From Nemertoderma westbladi (taxonomy: Eukaryota; Animalia; Xenacoelomorpha): DNA of 64,000 nt. Below, piece by piece: positions 35,426 through 48,801 of the stretch. The position numbers were made by a program, and so were the translations under genes. Under the pieces are notes generated by a model, which did no database searches, was not told where the DNA came from, and saw nothing but the letters and a program-made list of their open reading frames with translations. Position 1 is the first letter of the stretch, and each line of letters starts with the position of its first letter. Where the stretch lies: assembly GCA_032718475.1 (NCBI GenBank), contig JAUCBJ010008582.1:1-64000 (forward strand), in the 5' to 3' direction.

Positions 35426-36967
35426 AGGATACCTCTTATCTAATATGTGTACCTCGACATTGTATCATTTCTTTGAAATTAAAAATGAGATGGGTGGGAT
35501 CCTAATTGTTAAAAATTTTACTGTATTGAGGGTGATTTTTTTTACTTTTTGATGCTAATCCTAAAGGAGAATTTATCTTAGAAATCGTTTAAACGAAATT
35601 TCGAAATTTTTTTTTATTTCCAAAAGAACTATTTCACAAATATCTGTCTATCCATTTACATTTTATCTGTACAAATGATTGCGTACCGGTAGGTTAGTTG
35701 CCTTCCACTGCCGTGTCTATACCATCAAAAATACAGTGTGCAGTACCTTGTTAGTCATCTTGTAGACCTCAAGGGTGGATTTTTTATCCTAAAAACCACA
35801 GTCACTCACTAAGTAACCTTCCCCCGCAGACGCTGTGAAGACCACACGAACGTATCCGCAGTATTAAATATTCAGGTAGTCTCGACCATGAATGTTACCA
35901 CGGTTGATACACAGCCGTCGAGACGTGATATTCGCGCCACACCAATGGGGCCGACCACAACGTCCGGACACTGTAGAAAAAATTATTCTGTAATACTGTA
36001 GTACACCACAATAGCTGCTTTTGTTTATATTTGAATACAAAACATAATGTTTCATGAATACAATTTAGAAAACTAGTCATAATCATTAGTTCTTTTATAG
36101 CGCTAACGGTAAGACCTGGCGAATAGTGTTTCAATAAAGATTTGTGGGAAGAGGAACGTGTATCATTAATAATTTCATTGTCGGCGCCAACTTGACTTCG
36201 CTCTTGGTTCCTCATGTCTCAAATGCGTGATACGTTTAGTAAAATTTGTGGCCTTAATAAATTGGTGGTGGATTCACTATTGAATATATCCTCTTCTCTT
36301 CAATATACAATAACTGTAATCAGTAATAATTAGCCACAATGTTGATAACATACCTAAAATGCATGCATAAATGATATTGTCAATGAAGTACTCAACCCAA
36401 GATGCCCTTGCGCCGAAAAAACAGAGAAAGCAGTGCCACGGTATAGCCAAAAACTCTGGGAGTAGTGGATGTTCAACATTATATGCCGTTGTAGGATATA
36501 ATTCTGGCAGTGATTGTATGATGGGATAGACCGACAGAAATATCAAAAATGTCATTAGTAGCATTTTGTTCAACATCATAGATCATTGAGGGTCTTTACA
36601 AAGTCGCTTCATTACATTTGTAGGATAAATAATGTTTAAGAAACTGTTCATGTCATACCAAAACCAAATGAATAATATATAGCGAACCATGACATACCAT
36701 ACCAATACATACAGAATTGTAGCCTAGGATATTGGCCTATGTTTATTTATTTACGTAACCAGTAGTGGGGGCTACTTCCTACCCTATGTTAAACATACAG
36801 TAGAACAAACATTTTTAAAATGTATCCTGGAACAAGGCCCTTTTAATAATATGAACTCACCACAGGTATCCTAAACAAAAACAAACGTTTTAGACCTATT
36901 TAGGTCATGCAGCCGGAATATAATAGCTAGCTTGAACGTCAAATGGAAATTTCATGTGGATATGAAA

Positions 36968-37180
36968 AATTAAATAATTTAATAATTAATTAAATAATTT
37001 AATAATTAATTAAATAATTTAATAATTAATTAAATAATTTAATAATTAATTAAATAATTTAATAATTAATTAAATAATTTAATAATTAATTAAATAATTT
37101 AATAATTAATTAAATAATTTAATAATTAATTAAATAATTTAATAATTAATTACATAATTTAATAATCAATTAAATAATTT
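36968..37180. repeat. Nearly pure-AT 20-bp tandem repeat (TAAATAATTTAATAATTAAT), ~10 copies
   Basis: Directly visible. Confidence 0.95.
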
Positions 37181-38689
37181 AAATATTTTTGATTTTAGTT
37201 AATTGTTGATCCTCAAAATCAACCGCACCTAGAATAATTAATTATTGCAGTTTGAATGTTCTAAATCGTTAGCTAACGACGTATTTTGTCGTTTTAATGA
37301 CTAATTTTATATAAAGAATTGGCCATAACGTAAATCAATCTCAATTTTGCAAGGTAATCTTTGAATGTAGGATGATAAGATTAAACATTCGTTTCGAACT
37401 AAATTTAGAATTTATGCATTTAGTAAAATGTACCATTTTTCATATTTAAATGAAATTCTAATTGAAATTCTTAATTATTTTTTACATTGTGTGTTTGGTA
37501 TGTAATTTTGACACTGTCGTTAGCTATTAAATTCTTCACTGCACGGCCTATAGCTTAGAACGACTTGGCCGTCCCATAAATTTAATTCTGGAAATATGAT
37601 GTTTCTATTATCTGTTTCCATCACATCGAATGTTTCAATCGCACTTCATATAATATTTATATACGGCCAAGCCGGTGTTCTTCAAATACATTTGAATCAA
37701 TTATTTATCTCTAGAAAGTTTTGATACGGGCAAATGAGTAAACAAATTACTTTAAAGGGCAATGTTACAATTAACTAGAGACGGGCCTAGCGACCAGTGA
37801 AGCAATAAGTCGTAAGAGACACTACGAGTAAAGTAAAAGCTATTTTGTTCTGTCTGATAAATTAGAATGAGCGTAGTCCCGGTGTACGAACAATTTTATA
37901 CACAACTTCAAACTATAATTATTATGTTTAATCATCTAATGAATTCTAAAAGCTGTTGTGATTATAGAAGATAGAGAGCAGTTAGGGAAACGATTCTTCT
38001 GCTCTGTCAAGATTAAAAATAATAGCTGCGTTGTCATGAATTCAATACAATCGAGCCAAAGAAGTAATAAGACAAATTCGTTCTTATTTTTGTATTAAAT
38101 AAAACAAGTTGAGATGTTTCAATGTAAACCGCGATTAACAATTTACACTGTTCAATGTAAACTACGATATTTGTAATTAAATACAACAATTATATTTTTA
38201 TTATAGCAAAGTATATTTCAGTACATTTCGTACCCGTTAGTCAACAGAAAAAGTACAGTACTCTGTCTAACTAAAATTCAATCAGCTGGCCTGCCACATA
38301 ACACAGCACAGTGAGTAACCTAGTAGGTATCCCCATAGCATTCACTGGGAAAAGCTATCAGCTGACGAGGTAATACATTACAACAGTTCATGTTTGCTTA
38401 TTGTCTGGGTTAGCGTGACTGAGTAAACACAACCTTTCTTCTCTGCAGTTGAACCTATCCATTCAATATGATTCATTACTAGGCCCTGATATCATTTTTA
38501 TGAGTGAGCCCCAGCTGCTTATTGAATCTATGGCAAATTTCGTGTTACTGGGCTATTTTTCGAAATAAAACAAGTTGAGATGTTCCAATTTAAACCGCAG
38601 TTTCACAAGTAGGCCTACACATAGAAATCTATTTTCATGGTTCATGCAAAATTTCATCAAAATCGTTAGAGCCGTTTTTGTTCTAGGTC

Positions 38690-41600
38690 AGTAGTCTAGT
38701 CTACTACAACTACTAGGATCGGCATGCTGCATTGCAGCTGCATTTTTAAGAAAGCTGTGCCAGCTTGTCGACACAATTGCGCCGCCACAACTCCCTATCA
38801 CCCATGACATTTGCTAGATCATCCACATCTTCAAGGCCAGTGTCCTTTAAGATGCGTATCAAGAAAATCATTGGCTGTCCACCATGCTTATTCACTCCAT
38901 GAGGCTGCTAAAGTACAAGATTATGGTTCTCACGGCGAAAGCAATGTCCTGCAAATCGGAGGCGATTTTGTTCTAGCGTCAAGCTTGGGGGAACCAATGA
39001 GACACCTCCAATGTTATATAGTGTCTGGTTAGAGATGTTTGCATTGTACTTGACACAATGAACCCGGCGTAGCATTCTTGTGAATGTGCCATCCAGAGAT
39101 TTGGTCTCCTCATCAGTTAGAGCCCAGCATGGACTCCCATAGAGGAGTACTGGAACTACTGCTGCTCTAAATAATCGGACCTTAAGTTTCCGATTAATTC
39201 TCGGTGACTTCCAAATCCTGGAAAGCCTATTCAAGGCTGCCTATGCCTTTCCCTTACGTATTCGAAGGTCCTCACCTGATTTCCGGATTCATTTTCCCAG
39301 GTAACAGAATCCATCCACATGCTCGAGCACACCATCCTTAATACCTTCCAAGCCATTAATACCATACCATCCAATAATACGTGAGCGAGAGGACATGCGT
39401 AGAACATAGTCAACCACAATTATGAACAAGAATGGTGCAAGTGTGTCTCCCTGGAGGACGCCCCATAACACTTCAAATGGTTCTGTGTCACCGTCAACAG
39501 TAGACACAAATGTTGTCGAACCATCGTATACTGATCTGATTGCTGCAATAATGAAGTCAACAAAGATAACAGCGAGATGCCTGTCTTTCTTTTTTGATAA
39601 CTCTTCAATTATCCTTCTAAGTGCCAAAATGGGCTCCATGGTCCCACGACCTTTACGGAACCCATTCTGATTTCCACGGAGCAGTCTCTCAATGGGATCC
39701 CTGATGCGATTTAAATAGAATTCTATTGTATAGCTTTGCAGCAATCGATATCAATGAGATTCCCCGAAAATAACCATAGAGTGTTAGGTTGCCCTTCTTG
39801 GGAACTTGTACCAACTTATTTGTTTTCATTTCTTGTGGGACTCTTGTTGTACGGTACATGTCTACTATGATGGGATAGATGAGCTTTAAACACTCAGGTA
39901 TTTTAAAGACCTCAGAGGGAACACCATCTACTCCACTGGCACGATTGGTCTTAATGCACTTTGCAGCAGCCTTCACTTCTGCAAAGGAGATATCGCCAAT
40001 GGGATTATCTGGGAGTACAGACTCAGACACTTTTACTTCTATAAAGTTATCAGGCAATACCCTGTCATTATTGAGGAGCTTTTCAAAGTGGGCCTTCCAA
40101 CCATTGAGGCGATCGGCTGGTGATTAAGCCTTATCCTTGGTGGTTGGTTGGCTTTTCCGCCCAGTAAGCAAGTTGATGATTTCCATGCCTGGGATGATTG
40201 CCTGTTATCGCCAGCATCATTGATGGCATCAACCTGTTGGTTTAATAGCTCCTGTAGATTAACAGAGTACTGCCTGTTCAGGGACCTAGATGCAGCCTTA
40301 ACTGCATTCTTGGCCGCTGTATTCTGTTTGAGTCGGGATTCTTTCTGCGCCTTATAAAGGTCATTTCGGCACTTCTGAATTTTGTTAACAATCCAGGGGT
40401 CCCTTTTCCTGTTTCGAGGGTATACAGGAACTGTTTCTGCAGCTGTTAACTTAACTGGTTCTGTGAAGGCAGTATAGCCCTCACAGTGATCTGCCGCCTC
40501 AGAGGCAAGAACCTCATACCTGTTGCTCAGCTGTAGTGTGAAGCTGGATCTCACACTTTGTTGATGCAACAGAGAGGACCAGTCATGCCGCGGTAAGGCA
40601 GATTTCGTTGTTCTGCTAGCACGCAGACTAAGTCTTACCTTGGCCACAATAAGGCGGTGATCACTGGAGAAGGGTCGAAGTGTAAATGCATTACAGTCTT
40701 GTATAGAGCTCCTGTATTTCCGACGAAACAGAATATGGTCTATCTGGGACTTGTGACCACTGGGCCCACTATGAGTCCATAGCTTCCAGTTCGCTTCTTG
40801 AACTGGGTTCCAGCCGAAAACAATCCATTTCCAGAGATAAAATCCTTAAGATGGACGGAATTTCGGTTACCACTATTGCTATAGACCCAGGGCGATGTAG
40901 GTGATTGATGCAGACTTGCATTAAAGTCTCCCAGGAATGTTAAGAATGCATGCAGATCCACTCCATCAGTAGCTGCTTGTAGATTGTGGTAGAAATTTTC
41001 CACCTCCTCTGCAGGGGCAACACTAGTTGGAGAGTAGCACACAATCCAAACCACCTTAGGAATCTTCTTAGACAGTCTTCCAGAACATGAGAAGTGGCAA
41101 TGGATGATGCGGTTAGAGATTTAGTCTATTTTGTCCAATGCTGCATGTGCAGTTGGATTCATCAATAGACCAATTCCAACATTGCCACTATTATCTGTTG
41201 ACGCGAGGGCGAGTCGCCAACCCCCCCCCCCCCCCCCCCCCCTCCCCCATGTCCTTAATCAGAACCTCATCAGTTTGTCCAGTCTGCATTCGGTGCTCTT
41301 GAACACCCACTCGCTGATAGAAAGCTTATCTGCCAAGGCAGTCAGCTCACCTTGTCGCATTGGGGATCCGAGTGTTAGGGTGTTTACTGAGGCTAGTCTA
41401 GTGACTTGCCTCAGATTCACCAATGGCTTTGTTGGTCGGGGTGGAACATGAGAGTAGCCTCCAACTCCAGAATCCCTCTCCCCCTCACAATCTGGCCTCC
41501 CTGGTGTCCCAGGGTTTGGGCCAGAAAGGTCATCATGAAAGGGACTCAAAGAATTGTTGGCTTCTCTCTCTCTCCAGTTGGGGGTGAGACAGGCAGCCGG

Positions 41601-41800
41601 TCAGGAGATATCTGACGCCTGTGAGGCCGATTGTGTCCGGTAATTCCACTGGCCTCTAGTGGCCGGACCTCCGCATTTCTAATGTAATCCATAGTGGGGG
41701 TTGGGGGGTGCTTTTTTGCCGAGTCAGCTCTTGGGGCAAATACCACACCCTGGTTTGCCATTCCACAGGGTAGTCTAGTCAGTGGCGTTTTTCCCTTACA
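38690..41800 (-). mobile_element. Near-full-length degenerate RTE-clade LINE (APE endonuclease plus RT) with internal deletions
   Basis: CYSPT, FLGDFNA, IDHI and SDHR endonuclease motifs; ASGVDGV, PKKGNL, FRGISL, NQNGFRKGR, GVLQGDTLAPFLF, LLYGSPCW, LRFAGH; (TAG)n-like tail. The FADD segment is deleted. The 5' end is approximate. Confidence 0.9.
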
Positions 41801-42764
41801 GTAATCACGTCTTACGACTTGCTAACATAATGATGGTTTGATTTTCTTATTGCTGGCCTAGCCATAATTTACAATTTGCGGAGAAATAAGTTGAAAATTG
41901 AAAAACCCGTCCAAGCCAAGCAGTAAGAAGCATATTGATTGGAATTGAAATTTGAAAAAATATAGCTCAAAATTTTGAAACTTTTCATCATTTTAGAAAA
42001 TATTATTGCGGTGGTTTTAGATAAAATCATTCAACATGCGAATGTCCATATCAATATTCCGCCTCGACATTCATATGTTGTTACAGAATTGGCTTCCTTT
42101 CAGCGTTACATTTACGTCAGAACAAACAAACCTCTATAAGATTAAAGAATAACTGCGAACTGCGACGTAACAGGTGCAATAATATTGAGGGAGACATGTT
42201 TTCAAACGCATAGAGATAACGTTGTCAAAATTGTAATCGAAAGTAAAATTCCAATGTACTGGGTTGGTTATTTTTCAGCACAAAAACTACAAGTTGTGAA
42301 CAATTTTCATTAAATTTGAAAGTTACAATTTTCGGCTAATTGTTTTTCAATACAGGTTTTCTGGTGCGTAAAACCCATTGGAAAATTATTTATTTAAAAA
42401 TAATCTGTAGTATAAATGGCTGTTTTCTGTTTTAGTTTTCTACGTAGACAAAAAATGAAAAGAACAAGTAACCAGCACTTTTCACAAAATTTTGAACACA
42501 AAATTTTTAATTCACTTATACGATGCTATAAATTCACATTTTTAGGTTTTCTGGGGCGCTGATTCTAATGTAATACATTTCTAATTTGCCAGATCATTGC
42601 TAATCGTATTTTTCGGCGTAATATGGCAATTTTTGGTGCTAGCAATGTTTAATTATTCATATTAATTCGAATTCAGAACTCTCACAAACCCGTATAACGT
42701 AAGAAACAAGATTGACACAAAATCAATTGATGTATTTGATTGTTTTCAAAATTTGGAGAATTAC

Positions 42765-43135
42765 AATGTTCTAGAACATTGTGTATTTATTAAATAGAAT
42801 AAATGGCCTGCAGCAGAAGCAAATACATGCAAAATTCGAATGCCCATATCTCAGCTATTTCCCAACCAAGTTCAAGTAAATAATTATTCAAACAAATATT
42901 CAAAAAAATAAGGTTGAAGAATAACTATGGTGTAACGATATCGACGGAGACACTTTTTTAAACGTTTGTAGCTAAAGACCAAAAGCGAAAATAAAATTCT
43001 GGCTCACCCACTAAGGAGGAAGGAGGTGAAACTAACTCTGTTTGAAATTTCATTCAATCTCATTAAGATTTGTAGAAAAATTTGGGGGGGGGGGGGGTCA
43101 TGTACCAGAATAACGACAATATATTCCAGGACATG
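42765..43135. mobile_element. Right-arm fragment of the fold-back MITE family
   Basis: Colinear with 31080-31500, ending ATATTCCAGGACATG. Confidence 0.78.
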
Positions 43136-43692
43136 CTCTATATTCCATTGAAACCAGAACCCCAAAAAACCCCTATTGCGCAAAAAACATGTTCAAACAA
43201 TCAATTTACAAAATTGACATATTTCAAAATTTGGTACTGGCACCAAAATTGGCACCCGGAGAAAAATACAAGTTTAAATTTATTTATATGAATTCCATCT
43301 AATAGTAAACATGAAAAAACCGGTTCAATTCAAAAATACAGATGTTACAAATCATATTTCATGAAATATAATTTTCCAAAAACGCCTCAAAAAAAGTACA
43401 AAAAGTAGGGTTAAAAGATGGTGCTATAACTTGAAAACTTACCAATATTTTTGAAAACCGTTTTCACTATAAGGAAAACAATAGAGTTTGAGGTAAAGTC
43501 ATACAGTTTCAGATTCCCCACTGCGTTTGTTTCAGAGTTATAACAAAAAAACCACGGGGGAGGGTCATATTGAGCACCCCCCCCCCCCCCCCCCCGTGTT
43601 TAATCGGGTTAACGAGCCTAAAAGATTCTCCCATTCAATATCCATTTTGTTTTGTGTGGAATTAGCCATTTTCGTCTTGAGATCATAGTTAA

Positions 43693-46600
43693 CCCTTCTG
43701 TGTCCCTCAAAATAACATACACATTAGTCCCTTGGGGTCATATGTGACCCCATGTACGAAATGTATGTGTAAGAGCACAAACACCAAACGCCAGAGTGAG
43801 TCATTTGTTCAGGCAAGAACCAGGACCATGATTTACACCGAATTACATGAAAATAGGACAACATGCCATCTATGTGTGTCCGTCTGTCTGTCCATTTGTA
43901 AATTTTGTAAACAACATAATAAAGATATATTATTGTTAGTAGTTATAATTAGTATAATTTTTAACATTTTTTTGGAAAAAATGTAGAAAATCAATAAGAC
44001 TGTCTTTTTTATGAAAGATTTCGAGGGATACTAATGCATGTCTGTCTAGACATAGTATTGTCTGTCCGTCTGTCCCACTCAGTATTTGGTAAACAGCATA
44101 ATAAATGAGCATTTCATATGTAAATAATTACAATCAGTATACAATTTCTGAAATTGTTTAGGAGACATAGACATTTACATGCAAAACTAATATACTTAAT
44201 TTACGAAATTATTGAGCAGTACAATCAATACAGATGGGAAATCCATGTTCACTACAAACAAAGTTAGTGCAAACTGAACAACATAAAAATGTCTTTATGT
44301 CCTTAGAACGATCACACTTATAACATCGCCCTCTCTTCCCCTTCCTACACTCAGTGATTGAGATTAGCTTTGTTTGGTCATTCGAAGTACTCTTGTGTTG
44401 TACTCCTTGTACTCTATCAACAATTTGTATGGCAAATGGGCAACGTGGACGGGTGGAACGCTGTCGAATCCAAATGGACACTAATTCCTGTCCTAGCTCT
44501 GTCAGATAAATTCGACGTCGGTGAAGTTGTGTTTTGTTCCATTCAGGAAAAATGTCCCTGTAAATAACACATGCGTTGTATGCTGCTATATCAATGATGT
44601 TCGAAAAAACTACCATAGGCCACCTCTTCGTACCACGCTTTACACTATATGTAGACAATGATTGATCACTGGCATCAACTCCACCTTTATATTTGTTATA
44701 TGACAGAATAATATCCGGCTTTTTATCATCACGTGAGGACAAAGATGCATCAGCATGCATTGTGCTCAACAGCGTTACAACCTTGCCGCGTTTGGGACAA
44801 TAAGAAACAATTGTACAATCTTCAGTGTGAGCAAATATGCTGCTGAACCTTTCCCGACCTTTGGTTTCCACAAATTCTGCAGGTAATTCTGGCTTATTTT
44901 TGCGCATTGTACCCACCACCGTCTGATTGCGCTTTAGAAGTTCCTGGGATAATGAGTATGAAGTAAAAAAGTTATCAACAGTGATATTTCTTCCAGGTAG
45001 ACCTTTAGTCGACTCCAATACAACCCGCTGACCTTGATTCTTCTCTACATTATCACCCTGTTTACCAGTATAAGGTTCAATATTATGAATATAGTTTTTA
45101 TCACCAGTGGTCGTAACCCAATTTTTTCAACCATAACGTGCTGGCTTGTTTGGCATATATTGACGGAATGAACATCGCCCTCGAAATGCCACCAATTGTT
45201 CATCCACACAAAGATTTTCTGAAGGAACATATGCTAGAGGTAACTGCTCAACAAATTTTGTCCATATATTTCGAATAGCTGCAAATTTGTCTAAATCACG
45301 TCGCCTTTTTGTTTTGTCATCAAACCTCACAAATCTACAAATTTGTTTGAATCGTTTCAATGACATAGTAGCGCGAAAAATAGGTCTACCAAAGTCAGCT
45401 GACCATAGCTGAGTTACATGTTCAGTGGAAGAGCGAAATACACCACCAAGAATCAACAACCCAATGTAGGCCATAAATTCATCGAATATAATGGGTTTCC
45501 AATTGTCACCAAGATTTCTATGTGCCTCATTATTTGTCATTTCAAGTATAATATTAATCATTGTAATAGTAAAAAATATATAGAAAGAGGAAAGGATATC
45601 TCTACACTGACATCGAGCATAACGTGTAGGCCCCGGTGTATTATGAATTACATTTCTTTGAGGAGTCTTTTGGGAAACATTGTATGGAGTTTTTCGCCAT
45701 GAAATCCCCTTTTCAGCGTTTTTACCTTTATGTCTTGATTTATAAAATAAAGTACTGCTACCCAATACGTTATCATCATCGGCAGTATCGACATCAGGAT
45801 CAGACTCTGTATCTGACAAATTCACTTCTTGATCGTCATCAATTGCGACAGGAGCATCAGATTCATCAGCTTCTTCTTCACTACTGCCAACTCCACCTCC
45901 TTCAGCATCACTGTCACTATCGTCAATTTCATTAGTCATTGAAAATGTGGAAAAACTGAATGGAATTCGTTGCACACGGGTCCGTACTGGGTATTCTCTT
46001 CTACCGGTAACCATTTCCACATTTTCGGTAGCTGAAGTTGAACTGGTTCCTGCTGCAGCACTATCATTCCTGCATTCTCCATATTGCAGTAATGATAAAT
46101 AATGGTCAAAGAATGTGAAAAACTGAAATATTATATTGAAAAGTGTATGTACAGTACATGTACAGCATAGGCCTAATCTCGAGAATTCAATACACAATTA
46201 TTATACAATAACATAGAATACATAGAATACATTATTATTTCCCTTGTACTCTGGTACTACCGGTACTGCGGTAGCTGACTAGCTTGCTACTACTGTACTA
46301 GCAGAAGCAGACTACAGGACAACTGGCTGACTGGACTAGGTCAGTACTGCAGTAGGTCTATACACAATACCTGAATACAGCAATACACACACACACTGCA
46401 GCACTGACACAGGTCACAGATACAGACAGCAGGACAGACAGCTTTAGCTGTAGGCCTATTGTATTTATTTGTATTATTATAATTATAGCATATAGGGCAG
46501 TAGGGTAGCCTAGGTCTGTAGGTCAGTAGGTATTTCTTATTGGCAGAATGGTGAAGGAAGGGCCTGACACCTGACAGTCGCCTCTCCAGCTCTCAATACA

Positions 46601-47145
46601 CAAGACTGCAGTACTGCAGCAGTAGGCCTACTGCATGAATATTGAATACAGGAATAGTGAATAATGAATAGCTGTCCCCTCACAGAGTCTGGTGTTTTCA
46701 GTTATCGGTATACAATCCACAATCTGACAGTTCTGCAGTTTTTATAGGTCACTAGGACGGGTAAATCTTTTCGACCTACGCATAGGTCGATAAATAATAA
46801 TTTAGGTAATAATGTATTAATTCAATAACAAGGGAAATAATGATTTAAAATTGCCACCACGTGAAGATCAATATATTTACCCAATAGTATGCAGGGCAAG
46901 TGTTTTAGGCATTACAGTTATTGAATTTATGTATTGGGGTCGCATGTGACCCCAGGAACCTAAGAGGTTGTTAAGGGATGTTTCCCACCTAGATGGTGGG
47001 GGGTAAAAAATTTATACGTTTTTTTGTTCACCATAACCAGGGTTATGCACTTCATGAAAACCAACCCAATTTACCTGCACACAAGAAAGCTGTGCTGCTG
47101 CAAAGTCGGGTTGGGGTCACACATGACCCCAGGGACACAGAAGGG
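43693..47145 (-). mobile_element. piggyBac DNA transposon, complete (3453 bp)
   Basis: TTAA|CCCTTCTGTGTCCCT ... AGGGACACAGAAGGG|TTAA (perfect 15-bp TIRs, TTAA TSD). GGGGTCNNNNNTGACCCC palindromes at ~43734, ~46936 and ~47113. Confidence 0.96.
44209..46014 (-). pseudogene. piggyBac transposase with a single in-frame TGA at 45127-45129
   Basis: Acidic N-terminus; catalytic LCVDEQL, ITVDNFFTS, GGVDASDQ; C-terminal cysteine-rich domain. Reading KPARYG*KNWV...YTGK continues in frame into ORF 44209-45018. Start codon uncertain. Confidence 0.92.
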
Positions 47146-47383
47146 TTAAAGAACTAAATTTCGCAAAACTTAGATAACAAAATGGCAATATGAAAATGCA
47201 TTGAATATAAATAATAGAGGTGGGACTAAGATAAATATCTAACATTTATTCCAATTATGATGTAAAATAATTAACATTTAAAATTTAAAAATATGAAATA
47301 ATAGTAACAAGGGACAAATTCTAGGCAGATCAATAATACATTTATATTGAAGTTACATTGTTTAGGCCCTGTATAATCTTTAA

Positions 47384-48801
47384 TTAAAGAAAATTAAATA
47401 TTACAAACAAGACGTAAAAACTTGACGATATAACAGTGAATCCATCTGCTGTCGACGTCATTATAGGAAAAGTAGAAAACTTCAATCCCGTGACGTCACG
47501 TCTGTATGACGTTTTTGCGTGTTCTCGGAATGCTTGGAGCTGATTGGTTCCAATTTCCTGGTGATCCCGGAATACCGTAACAGTAGCGTTTATTGAGCAG
47601 CTTGTCAGGTTGTATCTATAGTAAGAAGTAAGATCAACTTCGCGGTATAAGTCACCCAAATACAAGGAGTTTTCGTTGTTATCGTTGTTGCCATGGTCTT
47701 TGTTTTTCAAAATGTCAATAACAGGTTCTAGATAGTTGTTTGGTTCATCAGTTTCCTGGAAAACAAGTAATTGCGTTAGAAAGTAGATGGAAATACCCAA
47801 ACCGATAATGGACAGACATTTCGACTAATTGACATTCTCAATCCACCACCCTCCCCATATTAACTTACCCAAAAGTGAAAGACCAGTATATGGACTCCGC
47901 TACAGTTAGGCTGTCTGCTAGCCGTAGTAAAATCCGCGTAATCGTCTGCTGCCCAATGGACTGCCTCAAACTCAAGTGCTGGTACAACATTGGCCAATAA
48001 GTTTTTAGGCGATATCCAATTGAATCGCAGCTCCTGAAAAGATCAAACCTTTCTATCATAAGGCGAGGAGTACCAGGTATTAATTACAAAGAGTTGTTAT
48101 TCGGGACATTTTGACATTTTTATGTCCTATCAATTAAATTCCTTTTATCAAATTTAAGAAATTCCACCTATAATAATAAACACATCAGTTACTTAGGCCT
48201 ATAAAAGCGAATTACAAACGACAGTTAGCGAGTCAGGGAGCTTGAACCGGAAAAGTTATCGCTGTAAAGAACCGTTATATTTTATATTATTATATTTTGG
48301 AAATTCCGTTTCAACTTTATCACAATGATTGATAACATTATGAGTTATTTTTTATGGAATTCACAATCTTTTTATTCGTTATGTAGTGAGTTCAAGTATC
48401 CCTCATATCCCTAACATAATAATATACTTTACTTTATATCTATTTACTGTAAATATATGTTGGAAAATGTTAATATATTTATTTACCTGTAGATAAAACT
48501 TCGATTCAAACTCGTACCACTTCATTGCCGGAAATGTGCCTATCGAAAGAACCACATTGCCATCGTCTTCTTTCACTTCAATATGTTCTTCGAGTATTTC
48601 TTCGTAAGAAGACGACAGTAGAAATGTCCCAAGTTTATCATTGTACATTGAGTCTCCCGGCACTAAGTTGGTTATATATTTATGCTCCTCGGAACATTGG
48701 TTTTTGGTTTGATCATTCACGTATTCAGTTTCAGCCGCCGTGGCGAAAGAAAAGACAATAAGAGCGCAGTTAATATGTATGATAAAAAGAGAAAACGCCA
48801 T
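47384..48801 (-). CDS. Alpha-carbonic-anhydrase-like protein (283 aa, 3 exons), secreted or GPI-type, lacking the Zn-binding His residues
   Basis: Exons 48801-48487, 48033-47869 and 47755-47384 are joined by phase-0 GT-AG introns into one open frame. Signal peptide; FYLQELRFNW, PALEFEAVHW..DYADFTTA, DLTSYYRY, TVFRDHQEIGTNQLQAFR follow the alpha-CA motif order; hydrophobic C-terminal tail. Confidence 0.8.

Noticed and set aside
35864-36579. Possible membrane-protein gene (100-aa hydrophobic ORF plus neighbouring ORFs)
   Set aside because: The N-terminus looks like a signal peptide, but I could not build a consistent spliced frame or recognise a family; needs RNA-seq.
41640-41810. HDV-like ribozyme expected at an RTE 5' end
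   Set aside because: Some pairing is present (ACCCTG/CAGGGT), but I could not fit the nested double pseudoknot by eye; an Infernal or RNArobo search would decide.
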